A stretch of DNA of 64,000 bases from Balanoglossus misakiensis (Eukaryota; Animalia; Hemichordata): positions 1,710,760 through 1,774,759 of the forward strand of contig CM082576.2 of assembly GCA_040954595.2 (NCBI GenBank). The letters are read 5' to 3'. Below, piece after piece: positions 46,601-59,341 of the stretch. Each line of letters begins with the position of its first letter. Within the stretch, counting starts at the first letter, position 1. The notes under the pieces are model-generated. The model was not told where the DNA came from, did not search any database, and saw only the letters and a program-made list of their open reading frames with translations. The position numbers were made by a program, and so were the translations under genes.

Positions 46601-49600
46601 TCATCTCTTCCATCTCTGTTCTCAAAGCTACAAATTGCTGAGTCATACTGTCTTTCACACTGTCATGTGTTTTTATGATTTCATTTGCAGCTTTAAGTTC
46701 CTCTTCAAGCGCCTTGACATCTTCTGACAACTCAGAATTCTCACTGTGTTCTTGTAATTCTTCGTTTCTTTGTCTCTCATTCTCTGCCTGCAATGCTACT
46801 ATCTTCTCTTCAAGTTCAGCTTTCGTCTTCTCCAACGAATTCACATTCTTTCTTTCCATACTGACTCTGTTTTTCAGTTCATTCAATTCATGCAGACACT
46901 GTGTATGCTGTTCTTCGCTCTGCTTCAGTTTGACCACAATTTCTTCAATTTCACTCTGATGCATATCATTCATCTCACTTAGTTTACTTTCAGTGGTTGA
47001 CAATTCGACAATACTTTTATGATAACTATCCTCTACTTCTTGCATTTTCACATTCAGTTCTTCTTTCTCTGCTTTAACAAGAAGGAACTGTTTTTCTTTT
47101 CCTTCCATCCTTTCTGTCACTTGTTTCAATTCAGATGCCAGATCATCCTGTAATATAATGCACAGTTAAATTGATTACATCAATCCTAATTCTACAATAA
47201 TAAGATATGCATAACCTTTGCCAGTAGAGTGAATATTAAATGAAAAGACGATAATTATTTGTACCTTTTCTAAAATTAATATCTCCTTATCTTTCTCAGA
47301 CTGTACGAGTTTCTTCTGGAGGACATCAATTTCTTCTTGGTAATCATCAATTTGGGATACATTAAGTTGTTCTGTCTTCCTTGTTTCCATTTCAAGCAAA
47401 GCCTGGTAAAAAGTAGCAGTAATGAATATATCCATAGAAGCAGTAAATATGTTTGCATAGTTTTGACATATCATCTTGTTCCAAATTATAATTACAACTT
47501 CACTCAAAAAATATGGCCATGTATGTGCCAGGGTAATGAACAAGACGGTAGCTTGAATTTTATTCTCCCAAAATACTCACATTTTGAGCGGTCAGGTTCT
47601 GAATTGTTCTTTCTTTTTCTTTCACCTGGTTCCTCAGCTTTAGTAAGACATCTTCCAGAGCCTGCTTCTCCATCTCAAAGTCAGCCTTGACGATTTCAAA
47701 GTGTTCGAGTTGTGATCTCAGTACAACAGCAGCTTCAGGATGCTTGGTTTTGATTTCAGCAAATATAGCCGAGTCATCATATTCACCATCGAAACTAGCC
47801 ACACTAGAAGTGTCTATATATCCACTTTGTCTGGTTCGATCACTTTCTGAACTGAAATCCGAAACATTCCCTCGATGGTAGTCTTTCTCTGAATCAGTGT
47901 CGTTCATTGGTCTTGCTTTTGTTTGTTGTTGATGTCTGTTCATTTCAGTGAAGGATTCTTCAGTTTGTGTGCTGCTTGTTTCAACATCCGCTGCTCTTGC
48001 CATGCTCTCAGTCTCACTATCATCCGAATATTCTATAGTTCTGTCAGAATCACTGTATGCGATCCCTCCTTTATCCAACTCAGATTTCAACTTGGCTATC
48101 AATGCATCACTGTTGTGTTTCTCATCATTCAGACGTCTATTTGCATTTTCTAGTTCCTTCACCAGTTCATGTAATTTCACTATCTGGTCTTGTAACAGAG
48201 CGTTTTCACCTTCTAGCGAGTTCATAATTTCTGCTGTGATTTCTTGGTGTTCACTGCTGCCAATACTGGTGATTATATCTGAAGCCTGATCACTGATCTG
48301 AGCACTGACTGCTTCAAGTGACGCTACAGCAGTTTTACTTCCAGAAACCTGTTTGCAACAGAAGAAACGCATCATATAAGTGCTACTGATGACGCCTTGT
48401 GAAGTCAACTTTCTATGCTGTGTTTCAAGTCATGAATAATCAGTCTGAATACATCAGATGACAGGAAAGGTCAGATGAGGTTTATATTTGCACATCCCAT
48501 TGAACACACAGTGGAAAATGTCCAAACAAATCATCACCTTTGTGTCATAATAGACCAAAGTACACTCCTCATTGTACCTCTCACTTCAGTAAAATGATCA
48601 TTCAATCTGATCACTTTTTCGTAAGTGATGACTTGGACCACAGCAGTTTTATCCCTCTGGAGAGTTTGTGCCAAGATACTAAAGATGCACAGGGCAGGCC
48701 AAGCTGATTGCATGCTAGTTGCTATGAATATGGGCAGCTCTACGCATACTGCATCATTAACCTACCTGATCTCCAATTTCTATTATCTTGTTAACAAGCC
48801 CCTGTTTTTCATGTAAAAGTTTGGATGCTTGTCGTTTGACACCTTGAGCAAACTTCTTGCGGGCTTCTTGAATTTCCTGTTTCATTTCACACGCATGGGT
48901 CTGTTTACACATTGGAAATCAAATAAGATTTAACTTGAGTGCCAAATGGAATTGGATCTGTTTTGTAGTAATTTCTATTCATGCTGGAAATGTGCTGATT
49001 GAGAGTCAGATGAACCACCAAAATGCATTTAAAAGGGGTTGTGAGTGCCCATGTTCATAGCAAGAATACTAACAACAACCAGCAAACCTACAGACTGCAC
49101 ATAATATGCAACACACTAACTCAGTGTGTCTCTTATGACAGACATAACCCTCTGCTTATTAACTCACATCAGTGCAATACACAGTCACAAATACTGCCAT
49201 ATTGGTCTTAATTCCAGCTGCTGGCAATGGATGTTTAATTCACAACATCAATTTATGATGGAGGAGTAGCTTTACCAAGCAAAGATACTGCTGTACAGCT
49301 TGACCTCATAGATCAGAGTATTCAGACTGACCTCAAAAGATCTTCAAACTACTGCCTACAAACTGAGATTAAACCACAATATTGCAATATTCAAGACTGT
49401 GTTACAAGCAGGGTACCATGCAAGAGTTGGGGAGTATTTTTGGATGTCATCAACATGCTTGGTCACACAGGGATAGATGGGCTCAGTTTGGACTCACCAA
49501 ACTATGGAAATAAGCTATACCATGTACCTGGTACCTTTACAGAGCCAAATACCAAGATCACTTGGTGAAAACCTACAATGCAACAATCATAAAGACTGAC

Positions 49601-52600
49601 ATACTGGTACTAGTATACATGATCTAACAACATGCAATAGGGTCATACTACACCTCATCCATGTCTGTGGACCATTTGTGCTGAATTTTTGTTTATAACT
49701 TACAACACACGTCTCCAGAATGGATATAAACTAAACAAGCATTCGAGAATAATACACACAATGCAGGATTGTTAATCTCTCACAAATCAGCAAAGACTCG
49801 GTAGTAATGACTTTTTTTCACTTTTAGAAAATATTTCTTATGAGTTAGATGTTTGCACATTTTACGTAAGTTGATATTAGTAAACAGACTGAGGTGAATT
49901 TAGGAGATTAGATGGAATAATAGAATTAGTATTGTGATATAGCTGATTTGTGACTGAGGAAAAGTATTGTAAAAAAGAAAGAAAGAAATGGAAAGAGGAA
50001 CTGTACGTGATTTCTATCCAACTGGACTAAAAGTCTTTGCTGTGTTGAGTGCAATTCTGTCCTGACCTTTTCTATCTCTTTGTGTGCTTCCTTCAATTCT
50101 GATTGGGCTTCTGGAAAGAAAAAAAGAAAGTTTCATGAAATACACATTATGGTACAAGAAAAGACCCAGCATTAGTTGCTACCGTACTTGGTACTATAAT
50201 TCTTATCTTAGGTAACTCACAGATGGTTGGTGTGTATTGCAACATAATGAGCAACTAAGAGATATTTGTCAGTGAAACCTCCAGTGGGCTTCATCACCAA
50301 CTATTGACACTTTTTAAATTATTGTTTCAAGAAATCTTAATTCTACTCTAACAGCTCCCTCAAAGCCACGGTACTTCAATACATTCTTTCTCCCAATATT
50401 ACTTACTTTCAAGTTGTTGATTCAATGCCTTGACATCTGTATTATTCATGTGATCTAGCTGTTCATTCTGTTTTTCTATCATGAGGTTGGCTAGCTGCAG
50501 TTGTTCAGTCAGGGTTTTGTGTTCTGCCTGTAGGTTCTGACATTCCTTCATAAGTTTCTGTTTGTCTTGTTTCATGTTCTCCCCATCTTCTAACAATACA
50601 CTCTTCTCTGCCTGTAACATCTCCACACTCTTTTCCTTTTCAGATTCTGCTTTCTGTGTCACCTCCAAGTCTCTTTTCAGTTTCTGGTTGGCCTTTTCTA
50701 ACTGAGTCACTTTGCGCTGCGCTTCATGTAATCTTGTCTCCATTTCATTAGTGTGAATTCTCAGCTTGCGTAGCTCTTCAAAACTTCTCCTTGGACTTTC
50801 TGGTGGTTCACTTGCTTCATCGCCAGAGTACAACTGACTCTCCAATTCCTCAATTCGCATCAGGTAGTCTTCGATGTCTTGTTTGTGTCTTTGGTGAAGT
50901 AGTGTCAATTTCTGAGAGTGAACATCTTGTTGAGTGGTAAGTTCACGTTGGTGCTCATCTATTTCATTGACTAGTCTCTTTTCCAGATCCTGGTTAGTAA
51001 ACAGACATTTCAAATCAGTTAAAGAACAAAACGACATATTTTCAGATCTAAGACCAAACAAAACTAATACTGGTAAAAATAACAATGGTCATCGTAAAAT
51101 AAATTCAAGATGAAGAACTTCAGTTTTTCTACCTTCATTTGTTTCCTCAAGGTTCCAATTTCATCACCACTCAGATCTATGGTTTCACCACCCATTTGGA
51201 ATGTGCTCTGTATGAAAAAAAGCATTTAGGGTTATACAAAAATAGCATCACCGACACTGTGCTCCCAATTCAATCAACACTGGTACATTCATGTGTACGT
51301 CGTCAGTTATATTTGGTCTCACGCTGTCCTTTTTACACAAACCTATTCCACCAGGGAAATTTTATAAATCAATATTATATGAATCAAGTTTTCTGAAGTA
51401 AGTGTTCTGTTGGAGATAAATCAAAAATACTTTGACTATAGGCTAGTTTCTGCTAGCTTTGATGATTTTCACCAATAGGCATGCATAGCTGAGATGTTTG
51501 CGAAACCATTCTAAAGCAAGGCAATAGCAAGAAGACCAACAAGTACCTTGTGATCATCTACATTACTTGCAAGCTGTTTCCAGTGATCACACTCAGCCTG
51601 ACTTCTCTGAAGCTCATGGCGTAATCGATTGATCTCAAACTGTGATGTAATGACATCTTCAAAATCTTGGTCCTCATTGGGGATGTTGGATGGCGATAGC
51701 ATAGATGTGGATGTGCTTGTGCTAAGTGATGCACTATTTAACATGTCTTTATGTAAATCTTGCATTGCGTGCTGTTTTTGCTTTAACTTCTTGATCTCAG
51801 TCTACAAACAATAAATGCATAAATAGCAGACATTTAGCAACAAAAGCTCTTACATTATGGATAAAGTAAACAGTTCAAAATCACAATGACGCCAGTTTGA
51901 GATCATATGCAAAATATCAAATATACATGTATATCAGTCAGCTGAACTCAGTTCAGGATTTTCTCTTAATTTTTGATTTTGATGAAAGCAACACAATATT
52001 GTTTACCTCTCTCAGTCTCTGCAAACATAATGTAATTTGAATTCTATATATGCATGATTGCATACATGCAAATGAACAAACAAACAAACAAACAAACAAA
52101 CAAACAGACAGACAGACAGACAGACACAAAAGCAGGCATTTCTATTAAAGAGTAGAACCCAAACTCACCTCTTTCTGGTGTATAATTCCTCTGTACTGGT
52201 TGGATATGCTATTGATTTGTAGCTCAGATGATTCAGCTTTCTCTTCCAATTCACTGTTCAAATTCTTCAACCGCTCAACCTGCGTGTGTCAACAATTTAA
52301 TGTTATTTCAAGAATTTCGTTTTATGACCACTGTAAGTTTCACTCACATTTACATGAATTGAGAGTCTGCATTGTGTATGAAGGATACAGTGCATGTTTG
52401 CCTGGAGTTGACAGAAAATATGTTTTCCCCCAACTTGATGCAAAGACTGTATGCACTGAAATACTTGCATACCCATCAAGGCAGAGACTCCACGCTTAAA
52501 ACTTCAATTTCAATGGTCCGAATACTCACAACAATCTCTCCTTACCTCTGTTCGATGGGCATCAATTTGTGTTTCCAATTCAAAGATTTTGCGTTGTGCC

Positions 52601-53255
52601 ATTCTCAGTTCTGTTTGATGATCTGATTAAGGTAAAAAAATCTCTTAATATTCTCTGGGATGCCAATACTATTTTGTCAAGCACAGCACAGTGCATGTGT
52701 ACAGAATGTCTCCATATGGGGGATGGGAGTGGCGCCCAATCAGGTGGTTTCTCTCGATTAAGAGAATGTTTCTTTTTGAACATTGTGCCTTGTTGATGAA
52801 GGGGAGTGCTGATTAAGCTTCATGCGAGTAGTAGACTCAATACTTACATCCACTGCCAAGATCTCACGAGGATTAACTGAAACGGCAGCCGATTTTCAAC
52901 GAACTGAAATGTACACTAAAATCCCTATACATCTCTGGCCTGGGAATAGTAGCCTGGGAAACAACTGCCTTTGGTGAACTACATCAATGACTAATGTATT
53001 GAATTTTTTGGATTTCTATAGATTTTTATGTATAAGAAAGATTGTTTATAATTAAAACATGTGAGGTTCGAAACAGAACGAATGCAAACTTCGTTCTTTT
53101 CCGGACCGGCATAACTTTGTACCGGGGTGTATCACAGGCGATCACTCACCGCTTATTTCCTCAGTGCCTTCGCTGATGACATCTTTGGCGTAGTTCGACA
53201 GTTGCCCGGTGATATTTTTAAAGTTGTCTCGAAAATTGTCACCAAACCAAGCCAT
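40626..53255 (-). CDS. TRIP11: thyroid receptor-interacting protein 11 / GMAP-210 golgin, ~19 exons, ~2412 aa
   Basis: Exons: 53150-53255, 52546-52622, 52169-52279, 51547-51801, 51133-51207, 50407-50989, 50007-50110, 48766-48900, 47581-48348, 47265-47402, 43452-47147, 42959-43146, 42658-42821, 42434-42537, 42162-42261, 41870-41951, 41472-41586, 41204-41299, 40626-40967; total 7239 nt. The N-terminus MAWFG..ITGQLSNYAKDVISEGTEE resembles GMAP-210 ([19 protein letters not shown]). Long coiled coil, GRAB domain VDKPLVKNLFVGYF..EVLRLISRVLNF, GA1 motif SFTTSFVHFLEYES and end LKEILQQ. Confidence 0.92.
43452..47147 (-). CDS. TRIP11: 3.7-kb giant internal coiled-coil exon of TRIP11
   Basis: Corresponds to the 1238-aa ORF, bounded by acceptor TTACAG|GAT at 47147 and donor GAG|GTGAGA at 43452. 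E/K/Q/L heptad composition. Confidence 0.9.
52076..52126. repeat. (AAAC)n(AGAC)n microsatellite
   Basis: Seen directly, within a TRIP11 intron. Confidence 0.9.
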
Positions 53256-53379
53256 TCCTGATATCCACAAACACAATAGTTTCAACAATATCACACGGCA
53301 TAAGCAAAGTTTTTTTTTACGATGGAATATTGCGGTATATGCGGATATTGTGTTATTCTTACAGAGTGTACACTGCCAA

Positions 53380-53445
53380 CTCGACGGCCGCCATTTTATG
53401 CAAATTTTGTACGCGTGTCATGACGGAGCCTCCTAGGTCAGTGGT
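53380..53445 (-). promoter_or_regulatory. TRIP11 promoter/TSS region with YY1 motif
   Basis: Consensus YY1 site AAAATGGCGGCCG on the minus strand at ~53385-53397, CpG-rich, ~130 bp upstream of the ATG. Confidence 0.5.
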
Positions 53446-54536
53446 AGATAACCACAGACAGAAGTACTAGAAAAAAACTGCCATGTGATTTTATGATAAG
53501 GCAAATGCAAATAATAATATTTATTATTCTATTTTCATTTAGTATACATGTATTTTATTATTATATATTAATCATCACAAAGGGATAGTCATCTGTTCAT
53601 TCAGTCTACATAAGCTCATATAGTACGCCCTCTGACGGTCAATCTGTCATGCATATATTGGCCTGGATATTGACTTTAAAATGAGTACTCTGGATTTAAA
53701 GCCCCAATAGCTGCCAATTTTAGCATATTTTCAATCAATAAAATAATTGAACCTATATCAGCCTCTACCCAATTCACTCCTTAGAGCATAAGGAGCATAT
53801 TTGCTTATGCCCAAAATGGATCTATGCCCAAAATAGATCTATAAAATGAAATGCAAACTTTTTCCAGACATTTGTTATCACTTCACACATGATTTGCCCA
53901 ATAGGCAGCTGAGAAAATAGAACTGAGCACTACAGGATGAAATAGGAGCATACAAACAGGATATTTGAGCGAAACAATAATAATAGCTGTTCAGACAGTA
54001 TATTTCAGCCTCCTGAAAGTTGCCAAGGTGGATTTACAAAACTGATGAAAAGGCAAGTCCTTTGAAAAGAGAAAGAATGTAAGATCACACAAATCAAACA
54101 CACCCACAGCTTATAGTGGAATGGGAGATCAGCTGAAAAGCACAGCTTTTATTGGACCCAAATGAGGATTAAAGTCTTCCAAGAATGTATATGTAATACA
54201 CATGATACCTCTTAAGAGCCCTGAAACTGGATTAAGTTATGTAAAAATTAAAAATAATATACTGGAATGATTAGAACCAGGAAATAAATTTGATACATAG
54301 AAAAAACATATTATAACTTAAAAGTATGACCAAAAAGTTACAACTGGTGTTCATGTAAGCTGATAAAAACTGATACAATCAAATTCATCTGTGTAAAATG
54401 TTTTTATTGTAAATCATGAAAATTCACCCTGAATAATTTTACATGCAAAAATGTATCTATTGAAGACTGGATGCTCAGTGGATATGAAAGCCCTGATTTA
54501 CCGGCAACCATCATCAACAGTATGACCTTTGGTAAT

Positions 54537-56907
54537 CTAATTTGCATGTATAATTGGTGGAATGACAACATTTTCAGTCGGCCAGCAATCTTCTTCATGT
54601 CCATAGCGTGGGATGTGTGGTGCATTGTGGGTATGTTTGCAGTCAAATACTTTGAATTCTTTGGTGACACAGACCGACACTTGTTGCAAGTAGCTGGTTT
54701 CTGTTGTCTGTAACAAAAGTACACAAATACATCTGTATCAAGAGCCATTCATTTTCAAAAACAAGTTTTTAGATCCAATGTTTGCTTAAATATTTCTAAG
54801 CACAATTCTGAATATTGATAAAGACTGTACACACATCACAAAACTTCACACTGCTATTAGGCATCATACAGAGAGATAGAGTGAATACTACTACCTCACA
54901 GACACGGGATACTACCAGTATAAAAAATTTTGGTCAATAGTTAATAGTTATATAGAACAGAATTTAACTGCTACTATTGTGACTTACATGGTTATAGTAA
55001 CATTCAAGATGTGCTGGTGATCCAAAAGTGGCATTAAATGCATTCATTACATCATCATATGAATAGGACTGATTTAGGGATGGTGTAATATTGTGAGTTG
55101 ATAATGCTCTGCAAGAAAAGAATATGACATTTCTGATGTGAAAAACCATAACACAACATGTGTAATTATACAGCTGTAACAATTCTGAGTTATATGTTTC
55201 AAAATGAATTCAGGAATTTTATAGTGGATGATATTTTTTAGATTTATATAACTTACTTTGCCAAGTTAACTTGATGGTAGAGTCTTAAACCAGCAGTGAA
55301 AAATTTATATTCAGAATTGATAGCCTCAAGGTCTGTTCCACATGTTCCATGTTTATCCCATTCATGTTCCCTGCAATGGTTGACAAAATTAACTGAGTCA
55401 CCCTACAATGTTGCAAAATACTCCTTGAGGTTACTCAGTGCAATGTTGTAAAATACTGTCTGAATCAAACTGTATCACACACTAGGATCATTCACAGATA
55501 CAAGATCCATAGAAGACCTTCAACCATGCTGGTTAACTACAAAGATTTCATTGTCTAGCTAATAAAGCAATTAATCTTGACAGACTCTGATGAGTCACAA
55601 ACCAAGTCTGCACAAAGTGTCACTCTTATTTCAGGAGGCTCTCTTGCTACCACCATCATAGGTTCAATGTTCAAGATACAATTGGTCTTAATTAAATTGA
55701 AAGAATTAAACATTTACCAGAAAGAATCAAGCTTGGTATCTGTAAAGAAATTTGGCCAATATACTTCCATCAATGGTTGGATGTCCTGTGGATTTGAATA
55801 ACACCATTTCAAGGCAGATGTTAACACACCGCGTATAATATAAGTTCTTTTGTGTACCTGGATTCATAATAGTGTAAAATGGAGTATAAATTCAATACCC
55901 AACTTCTCAGAAAGATAATCAAATTTTAGAAGTTAGAATCACACATGGTCAGGAATCATAGAGCATTCACACCTACTTTGATCTCATTTGAGTTGAAAGG
56001 CCAGGAAGAGTTGCAATTATTTGGACCTTCTGTGCCATTCTTGGTCGGCCTGGGAAAATAATACAGATCAACGTATGTATTCATGAATTCTTAGCTTGTT
56101 CATACTTTTTCCATGACTACAAGTAACTCTGTGAAATCACACTTGGTGTTACTTTAATATACACAATTGGAAATAGGCATGACATTAAAACAAATTCATT
56201 ATGACACTAAGTAAATAAAGATTGTTCACTTTACCATAATCCATGGACTGTCCATGCATTGACAGTTTTGGGAATACTGCAGTTATGTTCTTTTGGAACT
56301 TGCCACTGTGTGAAAATCAAAAGCAATCCTATTAATATCTGACCATCAATTTGACAACTAAAAACTGAGAGATGGTTGTTCACTTACACTGTATAGTAAA
56401 CCAAAAAAAAAGTTACCAGTACTTCTGTTCTGAGCCCTAAAATTGATTATATTTCATTAATAGGCCTGGCTAAAATCATAAACACAAGTTTTATAACTAT
56501 ATAATAAATAATTACCTCAGTGCTGTCACACAAAGTCTGTGGCCACTGCTGCGCAAAAATGAAATAGTCCCAATCACTGTCAGACCTATTGAAATAACGT
56601 AAACATTTTCAAGATGCTATAAATGTTGCCATACACTTTTCTGCTAACACAATTTTTCAAATATAAGTAGGGTAACAACAGGCTTTCCGTGTTTTTGCAT
56701 CATTGACAAGAGGTCACCTGAAATGCTTGTAGTTTGGATGAAAAAAGTAAATTTACAGACCAGAACAGAATTGAATTCTTTTAGATTTGTGTTCAGTTTA
56801 TCATTTATGAAGGATTAAACTTACTTCAAAAATAGAGAATAACACGTTCTTGACAATAAGATAATGACAACACAAACAAGTAATGGTTTTAGACTGCAGG
56901 TTTTCAT
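54537..56907 (-). CDS. RNASET2: ribonuclease T2 family protein, 8 coding exons, 256 aa
   Basis: Exons: 56825-56907, 56516-56585, 56235-56305, 55977-56049, 55718-55785, 55257-55370, 54988-55108, 54537-54707; total 771 nt. Signal peptide MKTCSLKPLLVCVVIILLSRTCYS, WDYFIFAQQWPQTLC, CAS I WTVHGLWP and CAS II FWEHEWDKHGTC. A likely non-coding first exon donor lies at ~57870. Confidence 0.93.
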
Positions 56908-57226
56908 TGTTGTTTGACCTGTTGTGAGAATAAAAGAAAAAAAAGGATAATTCAAAGCTACACTGCCAAACAGAGACTGTAGTAGGGACATTCTCAATTT
57001 TGCACCCACTCACTATTGATTGAAGAATGACTGTGCTTATATGGACAATCAAAGGAACATAAGACCTAATACTTTGCACAGATATGTGTGCCACTTATCA
57101 ATACAATAGAAAGTGGAGATCTAACCAATCACCAGATCACACATTTTCGCTGGGTGACCAAGCGAAAAAAGTGCGCCACCACATGATCATTCGAAGAGTT
57201 AGACACGCTCTTTTAACCACATGGAG

Positions 57227-57551
57227 CTCTTCCTCCTTGTTTGTATTGTGTATGGTCGTTGTTTGTTTGTAAACAAATATGGTCGCATTTGTTTGTTGAC
57301 AGGTTAGGGTAATGGTATATTCAACGCTTAGGGTTAGTGTATAATAAACAAAAATGTTTGTTTGTTTACAAATATGGTCATGTTTTTGTTTGTTGACAGG
57401 TTATATGCTGAGGAGCAAATGAACCCTAACCCTTAACCTAAGGCCTTGAATATACCTAACCCTAACATGTCAACAAACAAACAAACGTGACCATATTTGT
57501 AAACAAAAACAAATAACAACAAACATACACACTACAAACAAGGAGGAAGAG
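57227..57551. mobile_element. ~325-bp foldback element with long imperfect inverted arms and TTAGGG-like motifs
   Basis: CTCTTCCTCCTTGTTTGTA...TACAAACAAGGAGGAAGAG termini. The arms continue ~100 bp inward (ACAAATATGGTC/GACCATATTTGT; GTTAGGGT/ACCCTAAC). Confidence 0.7.
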
Positions 57552-59341
57552 ATAGACCCTGGAGTGAAAGTTCTAACCATATGTGGGCATACGAAAATTA
57601 TGGTTAATATTTGCACAACATAAACAAGATGGCGTCTTATAAAATGACGTTCTCCATTGTTTGTTTTTTTTGCAATTTTTTTTATATCGACTTCGACAGC
57701 CATTTAGAGGGACTGTGCCGCAGGCGAGGTTTTACCTTGGTTTGTACTGTGTTCTAACACACAAACCAAGGCAAAACGAAGGACTGTAAATCAAGCCGAA
57801 CTTTCAAGCAAAAAGAGTAAAACAAACTTTCTTGCCATACAAAAATCCGAAAGGGGTCAAAGTACTTTACCGGTTCGCGATTTCGCTTGCTGACCTTGGT
57901 TTTGTAAGAGGGACTGGTTTTGATCACGGAAGCGTGGCTAGGCCAGAGATCTTATAATATAACAAGTTTATGCGACGTGATTAATTCTCACTTTACGCGA
58001 AGGGAGGTGACTTCCTCCACTGTGGGCGAAGATACATTAATAGTTATGAGTCAAAGATTGGCGCGACTCCAACATGTACCAATGACAACCAACGCAGTCT
58101 AATATTTTTGCAGTCTCCGCCTCTTGTTTAGTTTGCGCATGCTCACTTGTTCTGTTTGTTCCATATCATGTTCCATGTGACCAAAGTGACCTTCATGTGA
58201 CCATCAAATGCATTCTCGATCTCGTAGCCTTGCTGTGATTAGGGGTAACCCATTTGATATTTGGGGAGGGGCTGGAGGAAATGAGTATGAATGCGAACTT
58301 TTTTCTACCATGGTGACAATTGATTTTCCAAGTGTTACTTTGAATCTCATTTTTGAGTGGTTAATGCAAAGTAAATTTAGCAGCATCTCGCTTCATCATC
58401 CATACAGGCATTCCTTTGCAAAAGCTGGATACAAAAACAACACAAATCTTGGGAAATTTTGCAAATTCAACTGGCAATTTGACCAAAATCGTTGGACCAG
58501 TTTGATTGTACAAATCAATTGAACACTTTGTACTAGTACTTTAGTGACTCAATGCAAACATACAATACCACACCAATAACATTGCCTTTCATTTTTTAAT
58601 ATATTTTATATATCTTGCTCAAGATATGAATATTTAAAATAGTAACATTCCTACTCCTTGTTGATGACATCAAATGTCTAAATTAAAAAAAAATCTACAC
58701 ATAAATAGTCTCTCCAGAACCAAATAAAATTTACCATATATGAGAAAGTTTGAAGGCAATTTTGACATGATGTGATTCACTGTGAGCAAATTTGTAGTTT
58801 ATTAAAAAATAGCTTCAAGGACACTATGCTCACATATGTGATAATAGTTGTACGTTCTAGTATGACAAATACTTTATCAGTTACATATGGTTCCATACTG
58901 ATCAATATTCAGAGAAAAAACAACTACACCTGGAGAAAATTTATAAAAATAATAGAAAAGTCCAGATATGACACCAATTTAGTGAACAAAACTGTACACA
59001 TCACAACACTTATATTCAGTAGAGGACCAAGTACTTCATGTGTCAATTAAAAAGACGCACAGACAGTGAAAAACTTGAACAAAGCACCAGACTAAAAGAT
59101 GATTTGCATCAATATACTAAAGCCTATTGCACGTAGGAATTTAAGTTCTCCGTAGACACATCAACTGTTACAACAGGATCAGATTTTGACATCAAACAGG
59201 AAGTTGATGACTTCCATTGACAGTGATAAGTGTTCAGCTGAGTAATGTATTCATGATGTGTCAAAGAAAATCTTCAAAAATGTGACCTTCTCCACTGTTC
59301 ATACCCTCACATTGCAGGAAGTCTCTTTGGAGGATTCTTGC

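Noticed and set aside
44158-48289. Plus-strand ORFs rich in Ser/Phe/Leu
   Set aside because: These are antisense shadows of the E/K/Q-rich TRIP11 exons.
54404-54748. 114-aa minus-strand ORF
   Set aside because: It is an out-of-frame overlap of the last RNase T2 exon; the spliced frame (TTETSYLQQVSVC...) fits the family.
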